Shown one piece after another: positions 1 to 13,300 of a stretch of 64,000 nucleotides of DNA (positions are counted from its first letter, which is position 1; each line of letters opens with the position of its first letter). Made by a program: the position numbers and the translations under genes. A model generated the notes under the pieces. It was not told the origin of the DNA and did no database searches. It was given only the letters and a program-made list of their open reading frames with translations. The DNA is from Macrostomum hystrix (lineage: Eukaryota > Animalia > Platyhelminthes): the NCBI GenBank assembly GCA_950097015.1, contig CATNEN010000038.1:22754001-22818000 (forward strand), written 5' to 3'.

Positions 1-691
1 GAGATGAGACTTGGGAGAGATGAGACACGGGAGAGAAGAGACTTGGGAGAGATGAGACTTAGAGTGATGAGACACGGGAGAGATTAGACTTAGAGTTATG
101 AGACAGGGGGGAGATGAGACATAGAGTGATGAAACACGGGAGAGATGAGACTTAGAGTGATGAGACACGGGAGAGATGAGACTTAGGAGAGATGAGACTT
201 GGGAGAGATGAGTCTTGGGAGAGATGAGACTTGGGAGAGATGAGACATGGGAGATATGAGACTTGGGAGATATGAGACTTGGGAGAGATAAGACGGGAGA
301 GATAAGACAGGGGAGAGATGAGATACGGGAGAGATAAGACTTAGAGTGATGAGACAGGGGAGAGATGAGACTTGGGAGAGATGAGACACGGGAGAGAAGA
401 GACTTGGGAGAGATGAGACTTAGAGTGATGAGACACGGGAGAGATGAGACATAGAGTGATGAGACACGGGAGAGATGAGACTTAAAGTGATGAGACACGG
501 GAGAGATGAGACTTAGAGTGATGAGACACGGGAGAGATGAGACTTAGAGTTATGAGACAGGGGGGAGATGAGACATAGAGTGATGAAACACGGGAGAGAT
601 GAGACTTAAAGTGATGAGACACGGGAGAGATGAGACTTAGAGTGATGAGACACGGGAGAGATGAGACTTAGAGTGACGAGACACGGGAGAG
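1..691. repeat. Minisatellite, 15-16 bp GAGATGAGAC(ACGGGA/TTAGA) units with about 31 bp higher-order pattern
   Basis: Tandem units visible; same family as 35919..36595 (+) and 48476..49120 (-). Truncated by window start. Confidence 0.95.
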
Positions 692-1157
692 AAAATTGAG
701 ATCGGGATAATTCGAATCTATACTAGACCAACATCTTCGACTTTCGTTTAACAAATGTATATTCAAACTGGCAAAAAGCTGAAACTGGTCAGTAACCGCA
801 GAGTTTGGCAAGAATTTAGATTTTCCAAATGCTAGATCCAGAGCTCCATGACCAGACCCTATCCAAAGCGCCCAGTTCTCTTCCACATGTCTGCACAATT
901 TTCAAGCTGAATTTTTTTTCTAGTTATTTGCCACGGAGAGAGAAAAAACGTGGCTTCTATTGGTCCGTTGGTTGTTTGGTCCGCGGGACATTGTTCGGTA
1001 GGATAGGGGTTGGTCGTGACGCATTCTGACTGCCTTGTGACACCTATGGGGCACTTATATGTAGATTTTAATAAAAGCCTCTCAACTGGAGTATAGATTT
1101 CACTTTTTCTATTTTAAAGCTTTCAAAACTTTTTAACAGCAGTTTATATGCTTATCA

Positions 1158-1320
1158 ATGATTGTCAACTTCATTTCAGACAAGGCCACTAGCCGATGTC
1201 AATTGAGACTAGCAACATTACTTTCCTTCTATTGTTCTTCATTGTTCATTGTTGCTTTGTGGCAAGTTGACTTATTGGCCCAGCCAGCAAAAGCTGAGTC
1301 TGTTTTCATTGCTGGAAATG
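1158..1320 (+). CDS. Eph: Eph exon 1A (signal peptide)
   Basis: [54 protein letters not shown]: hydrophobic core and AKA cleavage-like site; GTAAGT donor at 1321, phase 1, matching exon 2. Confidence 0.7.
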
Positions 1321-4300
1321 GTAAGTCTATTGTAATTCTGTACCTTCAGTTGTTAGTGATTCTGTAGCTTCAGTTAGTGATTGTGTAGCTTCAGTTGTTA
1401 GTGATTGAGTAGCTTCAGTTAGTGATTCTGTAGCTTCAGTTGTTAGTGATTGAGTAGCTTCAGTTGTTAGTGATTGTGTAGCTTCAGTTGTTAGTGATTG
1501 TGTAGCTTCAGTTAGTGATTCTGTAGCTTCAGTTAGTGATTCTGTAGCTTCAGTTGTTAGTGATTGAGTAGCTTCAGTTGTTAGTGATTGTGTAGCTTCA
1601 GTTGTTAGTGATTGTGTAGCTTCAGTTGTTAGTGTTTGAGTAGCTTCAGTTGTTAGTGATTGAGTAGCTTCAGTTGTTAGTGATTGTGTAGCTTCAGTTG
1701 TTAGTGATTGTGTAGCTTCAGTTGTTAGTGATTGAGTAGCTTCAGTTGTTAGTGATTGAGTAGCTTCAGTTGTTAGTGATTGAGTAGCTTCAGTTGTTAG
1801 TGATTGAGTAGCTTCAGTTGTTAGTGATTGTGTAGCTTCAGTTGTTAGTGATTGTGTAGCTTCAGTTGTTAGTGATTGTGTAGCTTCAGTTGTTAGTGAT
1901 TGTGTAGCTTCAGTTGTTAGTGATTGTGTAGCTTCAGTTGTTAGTGATTGAGTAGCTTCAGTTGTTAGTGATTGTGTAGCTTCAGTTGTTAGTGATTGTG
2001 TAGCTTCAGTTGTTAGTGATTGTGTAGCTTCAGTTGTTAGTGATTGAGTAGCTTCAGTTGTTAGTGATTGTGTAGCTTCAGTTGTTAGTGATTGTGTAGC
2101 TTCAGTTGTTAGTGATTGTGTAGCTTCAGTTGTTAGTGATTGTGTAGCTTCAGTTGTTAGTGATTGTGTAGCTTCAGTTGTTAGTGATTGAGTAGCTTCA
2201 GTTGTTAGTGATTGTGTAGCTTCAGTTGTTAGTGATTGAGTAGCTTCAGTTGTTAGTGATTGAGTAGCTTCAGTTGTTAGTGATTGTGTAGCTTCAGTTG
2301 TTAGTGATTGTGTAGCTTCAGTTGTTAGTGATTGTGTAGCTTCAGTTGTTAGTGATTGTGTAGCTTCAGTTGTTAGTGATTGTGTAGCTTCAGTTGTTAG
2401 TGATTGAGTAGCTTCAGTTGTTAGTGATTGAGTAGCTTCAGTTGTTAGTGATTGTGTAGCTTCAGTTGTTAGTGATTGTGTAGCTTCAGTTGTTAGTGAT
2501 TGTGTAGCTTCAGTTGTTAGTGATTGTGTAGCTTCAGTTGTTAGTAATTGTGTAGCTTCAGTTGTTAGTGATTGTGTAGCTTCAGTTGTTAGTGATTGTG
2601 TAGCTTCAGTTGTTAGTGATTGTGTAGCTTCAGTTGTTAGTGATTGTGTAGCTTCAGTTGTTAGTGATTGAGTAGCTTCAGTTGTTAGTGATTGTGTAGC
2701 TTCAGTTGTTAGTGATTGAGTAGCTTCAGTTGTTAGTGATTGAGTAGCTTCAGTTGTTAGTGATTGTGTAGCTTCAGTTGTTAGTGATTGTGTAGCTTCA
2801 GTTGTTAGTGATTGTGTAGCTTCAGTTGTTAGTGATTGTGTAGCTTCAGTTGTTAGTGATTGTGTAGCTTCAGTTGTTAGTGATTGAGTAGCTTCAGTTG
2901 TTAGTGATTGAGTAGCTTCAGTTGTTAGTGATTGTGTAGCTTCAGTTGTTAGTGATTGTGTAGCTTCAGTTGTTAGTGATTGTGTAGCTTCAGTTGTTAG
3001 TGATTGTGTAGCTTCAGTTGTTAGTAATTGTGTAGCTTCAGTTGTTAGTGATTGTGTAGCTTCAGTTGTTAGTGATTGTGTAGCTTCAGTTGTTAGTGAT
3101 TGTGTAGCTTCAGTTGTTAGTGATTGTGTAGCTTCAGTTGTTAGTAATTGTGTAGCTTCAGTTGTTAGTGATTGAGTAGCTTCAGTTGTTAGTGATTGAG
3201 TAGCTTCAGTTGTTAGTGATTGTGTAGCTTCAGTTGTTAGTGATTGAGTAGCTTCAGTTGTTAGTGATTGAGTAGCTTCAGTTGTTAGTGATTGAGTAGC
3301 TTCAGTTGTTAGTGATTGTGTAGCTTCAGTTGTTAGTGATTGTGTAGCTTCAGTTGTTAGTAATTGTGTAGCTTCAGTTGTTAGTAATTGTGTAGCTTCA
3401 GTTGTTAGTGATTGAGTAGCTTCAGTTGTTAGTGATTGTGTAGCTTCAGTTGTTAGTGATTGAGTAGCTTCAGTTGTTAGTGATTGAGTAGCTTCAGTTG
3501 TTAGTGATTGTGTAGCTTCAGTTGTTAGTGATTGTGTAGCTTCAGTTGTTAGTGATTGAGTAGCTTCAGTTGTTAGTGATTGAGTAGCTTCAGTTGTTAG
3601 TGATTGTGTAGCTTCAGTTGTTAGTGATTGTGTAGCTTCAGTTGTTAGTGATTGTGTAGCTTCAGTTGTTAGTGATTGAGTAGCTTCTGTTCTTAGTGAT
3701 TGAGTAGCTTCAGTTGTTAGTGATTGAGTAGCTTCAGTTGTTAGTGATTGAGTAGCTTCAGTTGTTAGTGATTGTGTAGCTTCAGTTGTTAGTGATTGTG
3801 TAGCTTCAGTTGTTAGTAATTGTGTAGCTTCAGTTGTTAGTGATTGTGTAGCTTCAGTTGTTAGTGATTGAGTAGCTTCAGTTGTTAGTGATTGTGTAGC
3901 TTCAGTTGTTAGTGATTGTGTAGCTTCAGTTGTTAGTGATTGAGTAGCTTCAGTTGTTAGTGATTGTGTAGCTTCAGTTGTTAGTGATTGTGTAGCTTCA
4001 GTTGTTAGTGATTGTGTAGCTTCAGTTGTTAGTGATTGAGTAGCTTCAGTTGTTAGTGATTGTGTAGCTTCAGTTGTTAGTGATTGAGTAGCTTCAGTTG
4101 TTAGTAATTGTGTAGCTTCAGTTGTTAGTAATTGTGTAGCTTCAGTTGTTAGTGATTGAGTAGCTTCAGTTGTTAGTGATTGTGTAGCTTCAGTTGTTAG
4201 TGATTGAGTAGCTTCAGTTGTTAGTGATTGAGTAGCTTCAGTTGTTAGTGATTGAGTAGCTTCAGTTGTTAGTGATTGTGTAGCTTCAGTTGTTAGTGAT

Positions 4301-7300
4301 TGTGTAGCTTCAGTTGTTAGTGAATTGTGTAGCTTCAGTTGTTAGTGATTGTGTAGCTTCAGTTGTTAGTGATTGAGTAGCTTCAGTTGTTAGTGATTGT
4401 GTAGCTTCAGTTGTTAGTGATTGTGTAGCTTCAGTTGTTAGTGATTGAGTAGCTTCAGTTGTTAGTGATTGTGTAGCTTCAGTTGTTAGTGATTGTGTAG
4501 CTTCAGTTGTTAGTGATTGTGTAGCTTCAGTTGTTAGTGATTGAGTAGCTTCAGTTGTTAGTGATTGTGTAGCTTCAGTTGTTAGTGATTGTGTAGCTTC
4601 AGTTGTTAGTGATTGTGTAGCTTCAGTTGTTAGTGATTGTGTAGCTTCAGTTGTTAGTGATTGTGTAGCTTCAGTTGTTAGTGATTGAGTAGCTTCAGTT
4701 GTTAGTGATTGTGTAGCTTCAGTTGTTAGTGATTGTGTAGCTTCAGTTGTTAGTGATTTGTGTAGCTTCAGTTGTTAGTGATTGTGTAGCTTCAGTTGTT
4801 AGTGATTGTAGTAGCTTCAGTTGTTAGTGATTGTGTAGCTTCAGTTGTTAGTGATTGTGTAGCTTCAGTTGTTAGTGATTGTGTAGCTTCAGTTGTTAGT
4901 GATTGTAGTAGCTTCAGTTGTTAGTGATTGAGTAGCTTCAGTTGTTAGTGATTGTGTAGCTTCAGTTGTTAGTGATTGAGTAGCTTCAGTTGTTAGTGAT
5001 TGTGTAGCTTCAGTTGTTAGTGATTGATGTAGCTTCAGTTGTTAGTGATTGTGTAGCTTCAGTTGTTAGTGATTGTGTAGCTTCAGTTGTTAGTGATTGA
5101 GTAGCTTCAGTTGTTAGTGATTGTGTAGCTTCAGTTGTTAGTGATTGTGTAGCTTCAGTTGTTAGTGATTGTAGTAGCTTCAGTTGTTAGTGATTGTGTA
5201 GCTTCAGTTGTTAGTGATTGTGTAGCTTCAGTTGTTAGTGATTGAGTAGCTTCAGTTGTTAGTGATTGTGTAGCTTCAGTTGTTAGTGATTGTGTAGCTT
5301 CAGTTGTTAGTGATTGAGTAGCTTCAGTTGTTAGTGATTGAGTAGCTTCAGTTGTTAGTGATTGTGTAGCTTCAGTTGTTAGTGATTGAGTAGCTTCAGT
5401 TGTTAGTGATTGTGTAGCTTCAGTTGTTAGTGATTGTGTAGCTTCAGTTGTTAGTGATTGAGTAGCTTCAGTTGTTAGTGATTGAGTAGCTTCAGTTGTT
5501 AGTGATTGTGTAGCTTCAGTTGTTAGTGATTGTGTAGCTTCAGTTGTTAGTGATTGTGTAGCTTCAGTTGTTAGTGATTGAGTAGCTTCAGTTGTTAGTG
5601 ATTCTGTGGCTTCAGTTGTTAGTGATTGTGTAGCTTCAGTTGTTAGTGATTCTGTAGCTTCAGTTGTTAGTGATTGTGTAGCTTCAGTTGTTAGTGATTG
5701 AGTAGCTTCAGTTGTTAGTGATTGTGTAGCTTCAGTTGTTAGTAATTGTGTAGCTTCAGTTGTTAGTGATTGTGTAGCTTCAGTTGTTAGTGATTGTGTA
5801 GCTTCAGTTGTTAGTGATTGAGTAGCTTCAGTTGTTAGTGATTGTGTAGCTTCAGTTGTTAGTGATTGTGTAGCTTCAGTTGTTAGTGATTGTGTAGCTT
5901 CAGTTGTTAGTGATTGAGTAGCTTCAGTTGTTAGTGATTGTGTAGCTTCAGTTGTTAGTGATTGTGTAGCTTCAGTTGTTAGTGATTGAGTAGCTTCAGT
6001 TGTTAGTGATTGTGTAGCTTCAGTTGTTAGTGATTGTGTAGCTTCAGTTGTTAGTGATTGAGTAGCTTCAGTTGTTAGTGATTGTGTAGCTTCAGTTGTT
6101 AGTGATTGTGTAGCTTCAGTTGTTAGTGATTGTGTAGCTTCAGTTGTTAGTGATTGAGTAGCTTCAGTTGTTAGTGATTGTGTAGCTTCAGTTGTTAGTG
6201 ATTGAGTAGCTTCAGTTGTTAGTGATTGAGTAGCTTCAGTTGTTAGTGATTGAGTAGCTTCAGTTGTTAGTGATTGTGTAGCTTCAGTTGTTAGTGATTG
6301 TGTAGCTTCAGTTGTTAGTGATTGAGTAGCTTCAGTTGTTAGTGATTGTGTAGCTTCAGTTGTTAGTGATTGAGTAGCTTCAGTTGTTAGTGATTGTGTA
6401 GCTTCAGTTGTTAGTGATTGAGTAGCTTCAGTTGTTAGTGATTGAGTAGCTTCTGTTGTTAGTGATTGAGTAGCTTCAGTTGTTAGTGATTGTGTAGCTT
6501 CAGTTGTTAGTGATTGAGTAGCTTCAGTTAGTGATTCTGTAGCTTCAGTTGTTAGTGATTGTGTAGCTTCAGTTGTTAGTGATTGTGTAGCTTCAGTTGT
6601 TAGTGATTGTGTAGCTTCAGTTGTTAGTGATTGTGTAGCTTCAGTTGTTAGTGATTGTGTAGCTTCAGTTGTTAGTGATTGTGTAGCTTCAGTTGTTAGT
6701 GATTGTGTAGCTTCAGTTAGTGATTGTGTAGCTTCAGTTGTTAGTGATTGTGTAGCTTCAGTTGTTAGTGATTGAGTAGCTTCAGTTGTTAGTGATTGTG
6801 TAGCTTCAGTTGTTAGTGATTGTGTAGCTTCAGTTGTTAGTGATTGTGTAGCTTCTGTTGTTAGTGATTGTGTAGCTTCAGTTGTTAGTGATTGTGTAGC
6901 TTCAGTTGTTAGTGATTGAGTAGCTTCAGTTGTTAGTGATTGTGTAGCTTCAGTTGTTAGTGATTGAGTAGCTTCAGTTGTTAGTGATTGTGTAGCTTCA
7001 GTTGTTAGTGATTGTGTAGCTTCAGTTGTTAGTGATTGAGTAGCTTCAGTTGTTAGTGATTGTGTAGCTTCAGTTGTTAGTGATTGTGTAGCTTCAGTTG
7101 TTAGTGATTGTGTAGCTTCAGTTGTTAGTGATTGTGTAGCTTCAGTTGTTAGTGATTGTGTAGCTTCAGTTGTTAGTGATTGTGTAGCTTCAGTTGTTAG
7201 TGATTGTGTAGCTTCAGTTGTTAGTGATTGAGTAGCTTCAGTTGTTAGTAATTCTAGCGGCGCAATGTGATGCGAGCAAAATTTTGTAGCTAATTTCATT

Positions 7301-10300
7301 TCGCATTTTCAAAGTTTGTTTTTCTAGCAATAAAATATATGCTCGCAGTTAAGGGTGTAATTCTTTTCTTCGATTCGCAGTAAATTGTAGACACACTAGA
7401 CTTTCGCGAATTGTAGTAAGGTGCCGATTTTATTTCCTGATGTAGCTGGACAGAAAATTCAATGTCATAGTAGCCAGAAGAGAAGGTCGTACCGAAAAAC
7501 TTTTGCTACAGTGAAATGCGATACAGGAACTTTCGCTGACTACTTAATTAGTAGTCTGTTTAAACCATACATTTTTGTAGTTCTGTATTGTTTTTTCCAA
7601 GCCTACTTTGCCACATCTCGTTTACATTATCTTCTTCCTCTCCCCTCCTCTCCTCTCCTCTCCTCTTCTCTCCTTCCCCCTCCTCTCCTCTCCTCTCCTC
7701 TCCTCTCCTCTCCTCTCCTCTCCTCTCCTCTCCTCTCCTCTCCTCTCCTCTCCTCTCCTCTCCTCTCCTTCCCTCTCCTCTCCTCTCCTCTCCTCTCCTC
7801 TCTCCTCTCCTCTCCTTCCCTCTCCTTCCCTCTCCTCTCCTCTCCTCTCCTCTCCTCTCCTTCCCTCTCCTCTCCTCTCCTCTCCTCTCCTCTCCTTCCC
7901 TCTCCTCTCCTCTCCTCTCCTCTCCTTTCCTCTCCTCTCCTCTCCTCTCCTCTCGTCTCCTCTTCTCTCCTCTCCTCTCCTTCTCCTTTCTCTCCGCCCT
8001 TTCCTCTCCTCTCCTCTCCTTTCCTCTCCTCTCCTCTCCTCTCCTCTCCTCTCCTCTCCTCTCCTCTCCTCTCCTCTCCTCTCGTCTCCTCTTCTCTCCT
8101 CTCCTCTCCTTCTCCTTTCTCTCCGCCCTTTCCTCTCCTCTCCTCTCCTCTCCTCTCCTCTCCTCTCCTCTCCTCTCCTTTCCTCTCCTCTCCTCTCCTC
8201 TCCTCTCCTCTCCTCTCCTCTCCTCTCCTCTCCTCTCTTCTTCTCTCCTCACCTCTCCTCACCTCTCCTCTCCTCTCCTCTCCTCTCCTCGCCTCTTCTC
8301 TCGTCTCCTCTCCTCTCCTCTCCTCTCCTCTCCTCACCTCTCCTCTCCTCTTCTCTCCTCTCCTTTCCTCTCCTCTACTCTCCTCTCCTCTCCTCTCCTC
8401 TCCTCTCCTCTCCTCTCCTCTTCTCTCCTCTCCTCTCCTCACCTCTCCTCTCCTCTCCTCTCCTCTCCTCTCCTTTCCTCTCCTCTCTTCTCCTCTCCTC
8501 TCCTTTCCTCTCCTCTCTTCTCCTCTCCTCTCCTCTCCTCTCCTCTCCTCTCCTCTCCTCTCCTCTCCTCTCCTCTTCTCTCTTCTCCTCTCCCTTCCTT
8601 TGTTCTTTATCTTTGTTACGTTTTATTAAAACCTATGTTATAATTAAAAAACTTCCATTGTTACCGAGAAATAAGCCCATGTTTATTGCTCATTGTTGTG
8701 TTTATTTTCAATTCGGTACATGTTTCGGACACTTTAAATTCTCTCCGTAGAAAAAATTTAGTTACCAAGCGAACGAAAAAAATTAGTCCAAATAACTTTC
8801 AGTTTATCCCACAAGTCGTATCTATAGCCGACCACCCATGGTGTGGGAGCAATGCCAAACCTGTTCCGGATGATTTCAAACACTCTGGCTTGCTGGCCTT
8901 TGTCCTTCTGCTTCTCCGCCTGTTGAATTAGCTGATTATTATCTTCACGGCGAGTTGAACAGAACCGCCTTTATCTGACTGTTTACTTGCGCCTCGGTCG
9001 GCAGATTTCACTGGCGTGTTAGCTGCTTCCACACCGGACGGCGTTTTGTTGCGAACCGCCTAGTTTTTAAGGAAATAAATTATGTTTCTTCCTTATATAA
9101 AAATCCATAAAAACTGTGGGAAAATGGACATAGTAGGCTTTAGAATATAATTGACAGTTTGGAAAAATTCTGCTCCTGCTAATCTATTTGAGTTATGGGG
9201 ATATTTGGAAAGGTAGGGAATGAAAACAGGAGGAAGAATGTAGAATGTAAAAATGGGAAGAATGAGAAACGGAAAGAATGGGAAAAATGGGAAGAATGGC
9301 GAGACAGGAAGAATGGATAGTGGGGAAAACGGAAAGTGGGAAAGAATAAAAAAATTGATAGAGGGGGAGAATTGGTTAACGGGAAGAATGGGAAAATGGA
9401 AAGAATGGGAAAATAGGAAGAATGTAAAAATGGAAAGAATGAGAAACGGAAAGAATGGGTAAAGAGAAGAATGGATAGTGGGGGAAAATGAATAGTGGGA
9501 AAGAATGGGGAAATTGATTGAGGGGAAGAATGGGAAAACGGGAAGAATGGAAAAACAGGAAGAATGGATATTGGGGAAAACGGGTAGTGGGAAAGAATGG
9601 GAAAATTGATAGAGGGGGGGAATGGGAAAACAGGAAAATGGATAGTGGGAAAGAATGGGAAAATTGATAGAGGAGGAGAATTGGAGACCGGGAAGAATGT
9701 GAAAATGGGAAGAATGGGAAAATGGGAAGAATCAAAGAGAGGGGAATAATGCGGAGAAAAGGAAGAATGGTGAGTTAAACAGTCTGGTGTTGATTTTACA
9801 CATTGAATAAGGAAGCCGGGTACCTATACATGTATCTTGTCGGTTACTCATAAACAAAGCAGAGAAGCAAACATGCCATGATTTGTTACAGTGATTTTAG
9901 CTTCCCTAAAAAATATGCATACGGTGGCATGTATCTATCTGCTGTTTGCAAACATTGGCCTGACAGATGTGTCAAGAGTAACACTTGTCCAAAGTGGGAC
10001 TTATTGGGATTTTAGTCCAGCAACTAAGTCCCCGAAATTTTCGTCACCTCCGTCTCACCCTCCTAAACACACAGACGGACACGCAGACACATGTCTTCCC
10101 GGCGTTCAATATAAATCCATATGGACCCTCTCTAGGGGAGATTTCGATCGATCTTTAGAATCCCACCGCTCGAATATGTTTTATTCGCTCCTGCCTGAGT
10201 GTTGAAGCCGGCAGCTCTGTTGACATTGTGGACATATGTCGCAACGGCTCTGTGTGCTCACCTCTGACTATTAGCTAATTGTTTGCTTTTACAATTTTCC

Positions 10301-13300
10301 CTATTTTCCTTCGAAGTGTTGATTTAATCTTCAAGAATAGACAATAGATGATAGATATGGTTTTGCTTTGTGCTCTGTGTCTTTGTTGACTCTTCATCCC
10401 ACACTCTCCCGCTCGCTCACCCTCTCACTCTTTATCTCACCCTCTCGGTCTCTATCTCACCCTCTCACCATCTCACCATCTCACTCACTATGTCACCCTC
10501 TCACTCTCTCACCATCTCACTCTCTCACCATCTCACTCTCAATCTCATCCTCTCACTCTCTATCTCATCCTCTCACTCTCTATCTCATCCTCTCACTCTC
10601 TATCTCATCCTCTCACTCTCTATCTCATCCTCTCACTCTCTATCTCACCCTCTCGCTCTCTATCTCACCCTCTTACTCTCTATCTCACCCTCTCACCATC
10701 TCACCATCTCACTCACTATGTCACCCTCTCACTCTCTATCTCACCCTCTCGCTCTCTATCTCACCCTCTTACTCTCTATCTCACCCTCTCACCATCTCAC
10801 CATCTCACTCTCTATGTCACCCTCTCACTCTCTCACCATCTCACTCTCAATCTCATCCTCTCACTCTCTATCTCATCCTCTCACTCTCTATCTCATCCTC
10901 TCACTCTCTATCTCATCCTCTCACTCTCTATCTCATCCTCTCACTCTCTATCTCACCCTCTCGCTCTCTATCTCACCCTCTTACTCTCTATCTCACCCTC
11001 TCACCATCTCACCATCTCACTCACTATGTCACCCTCTCACTCTCTATCTCACCCTCTCGCTCTCTATCTCACCCTCTTACTCTCTATCTCACCCTCTCAC
11101 CATCTCACCATCTCACTCTCTATGTCACCCTCTCACTCTCTCACCATCTCACTCTCAATCTCATCCTCTCACTCTCTATCTCATCCTCTCACTCTCTATC
11201 TCATCCTCTCACTCTCTATCTCACCCTCTCGCTCTCTATCTCACCCTCTTACTCTCTATCTCACCCTCTCACCATCTCACCATCTCACTCTCTATGTCAC
11301 CCTCTCACTCTCTCACCATCTCACTCTCTATCTCACCCTCTCACTCTCTATCTCACCCTCTCACTCTCTATGTCACCCTCTCACTCTCTATCTCACCCTC
11401 TCACTCTCTATGTCACCCTCTCACTCTCTATCTCATCCTCTCACTCTCTATGTCACCCTCTCACTCTCTATCTCACCCTCTCACTCTCTATGTCACCCTC
11501 TCACTCTCTATCTCATCCTCTCACTCTCTATCTCATCCTCTCACTCTCTATGTCACCATCTCACTCTCTATCTCATCCTCTCACTCTCTATCTCATCCTC
11601 TCACTCTCTATCTCATCCTCTCACTCTCTATGTCACCATCTCACTCTCTATCTCACCCTCTCACTCTCTATCTCACCCTCTCACTCTCTATGTCACCCTC
11701 TCACTCTCTATCTCACCCTCTCACTCTCTATGTCACCCTCTCACTCTCTATCTCATCCTCTCACTCTCAATCTCACCCTCTCACTCTCAATCTCACGCTC
11801 TCACTCTCTATCTCACCCTCTCCCTATCTATCTCGCTCTCTTCCCTCCCTCTCACTTTAACTCTAATAAATGTGAGGACAACTTTTTCGAATTTTTCCGA
11901 TCGTTAGCCTCCCACACTGTTTCCTTAAGCTGTGCCAAAAAACAATCCCTTATTATTCTGAGCAATGCATTCCTCTTAAGTCTCCAATTTGGGTCACACA
12001 AATCTCTATATGTAATAAATATAATTGCATAAATACATGCGCTAACATATGCAGTTTTGATGATCTTCTATTATTTGCTAAACTGAATCATTCGTTTATT
12101 TCACAAGTGAGTTTGACTGCAACTGGAAGACTTATGTATTTGAGAATCGGGTTTCTAGATCTCACTAAATGACTCAACAAGGGGAAGAAGCGGCCCTCTT
12201 TTTTTCTATATCCCCATTATAGCCCATAGAGCAGCAAAATGAGGATAAACCTCTGGGGATTACGAAATTTGGTTTCCCCTCCTCGTTCACATCCAAGATT
12301 GTTTGTAGTGGGACCTCGATTCAGTTTAAACTTAACTAGGAAGCTATGATTTTGATGAAGTGTGGATGTTGAGAAGCAATTCTGGTGCATTTCCTTCTTC
12401 CTTCTAGTGTCTTGTTTGCTTCATATTCCTATGCTTCAATAGACTTGTACCCTATTTTTTATTTTTCTATACATATCGGCTAAGTTGCAGGGTTAATTTC
12501 CGGTAGCCCACAATGTAGGTATGAAATTATATCGTCATTAATTTTATTACTGTAATAAATTCCAAAATAATTATACCTTCCAGTGAAAGTCTAATTCTAA
12601 AAAAACAACCATAAATTCCCATAGATAGCAACACTATTGCACAGAAAGATAGACATTTTCATTATTAGCCGACCGGGCGCGCTTATTGGTCAGCGGCGCT
12701 AGCCAATGAGAATCGTTCTAGTCTTTAGGAGTCATCTTCCATACTGGGCCATATTTGCCACCTAAAAGCGGAGATACAGACTAGAAGGAACGCGAGAGAA
12801 CAGAAGCAGAACGCCATTGGAATTTAAAGATTTTAATCTACAATCAAGTGAAAAGAATTTATAATAATTACTATAATCATCATCATCCATACTCGACTGA
12901 AGCCAATGTTGCGTCTACAAAGTCAACGAAGCAAAGTCCACAGACGAAGCCTGACATTCCATCTAATCGATTGATTATCGATCGATTTTTTGCTTCTCAT
13001 CTATACTCGATTTCTTAGTTGAGTTCTGATAAACTATTCTAGACTCCAGACTTCTGCTAGATGATTTGATTGGCATCATTTTCTTGCTGCAAAAAAAAAG
13101 TAGAAAAAAAGTTTTTTCGCTTCTGAAAGGCTTCGACTTTTTTTGTACTAGATCTCGACCCTACCCGTCGAATTATAATTGCAAAAAATCTGCTTACAAT
13201 GCATTATTTACTGAAGCGGCTAGCTTTTGTGATTATAATATTCATAACTGTGACTTATTGCATGGCCACAGAAACTGGTGAGTCTGCTTGCCGATATAGC

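Noticed and set aside
8760-8975. Minus-strand open stretch ([24 protein letters not shown]...)
   Set aside because: No start codon, convincing acceptor, partner exon or recognisable motif.
7421-12032. Long low-complexity ORFs ([18 protein letters not shown])
   Set aside because: Open in several frames only because the repeat units lack stop codons; intronic, with no domain content.
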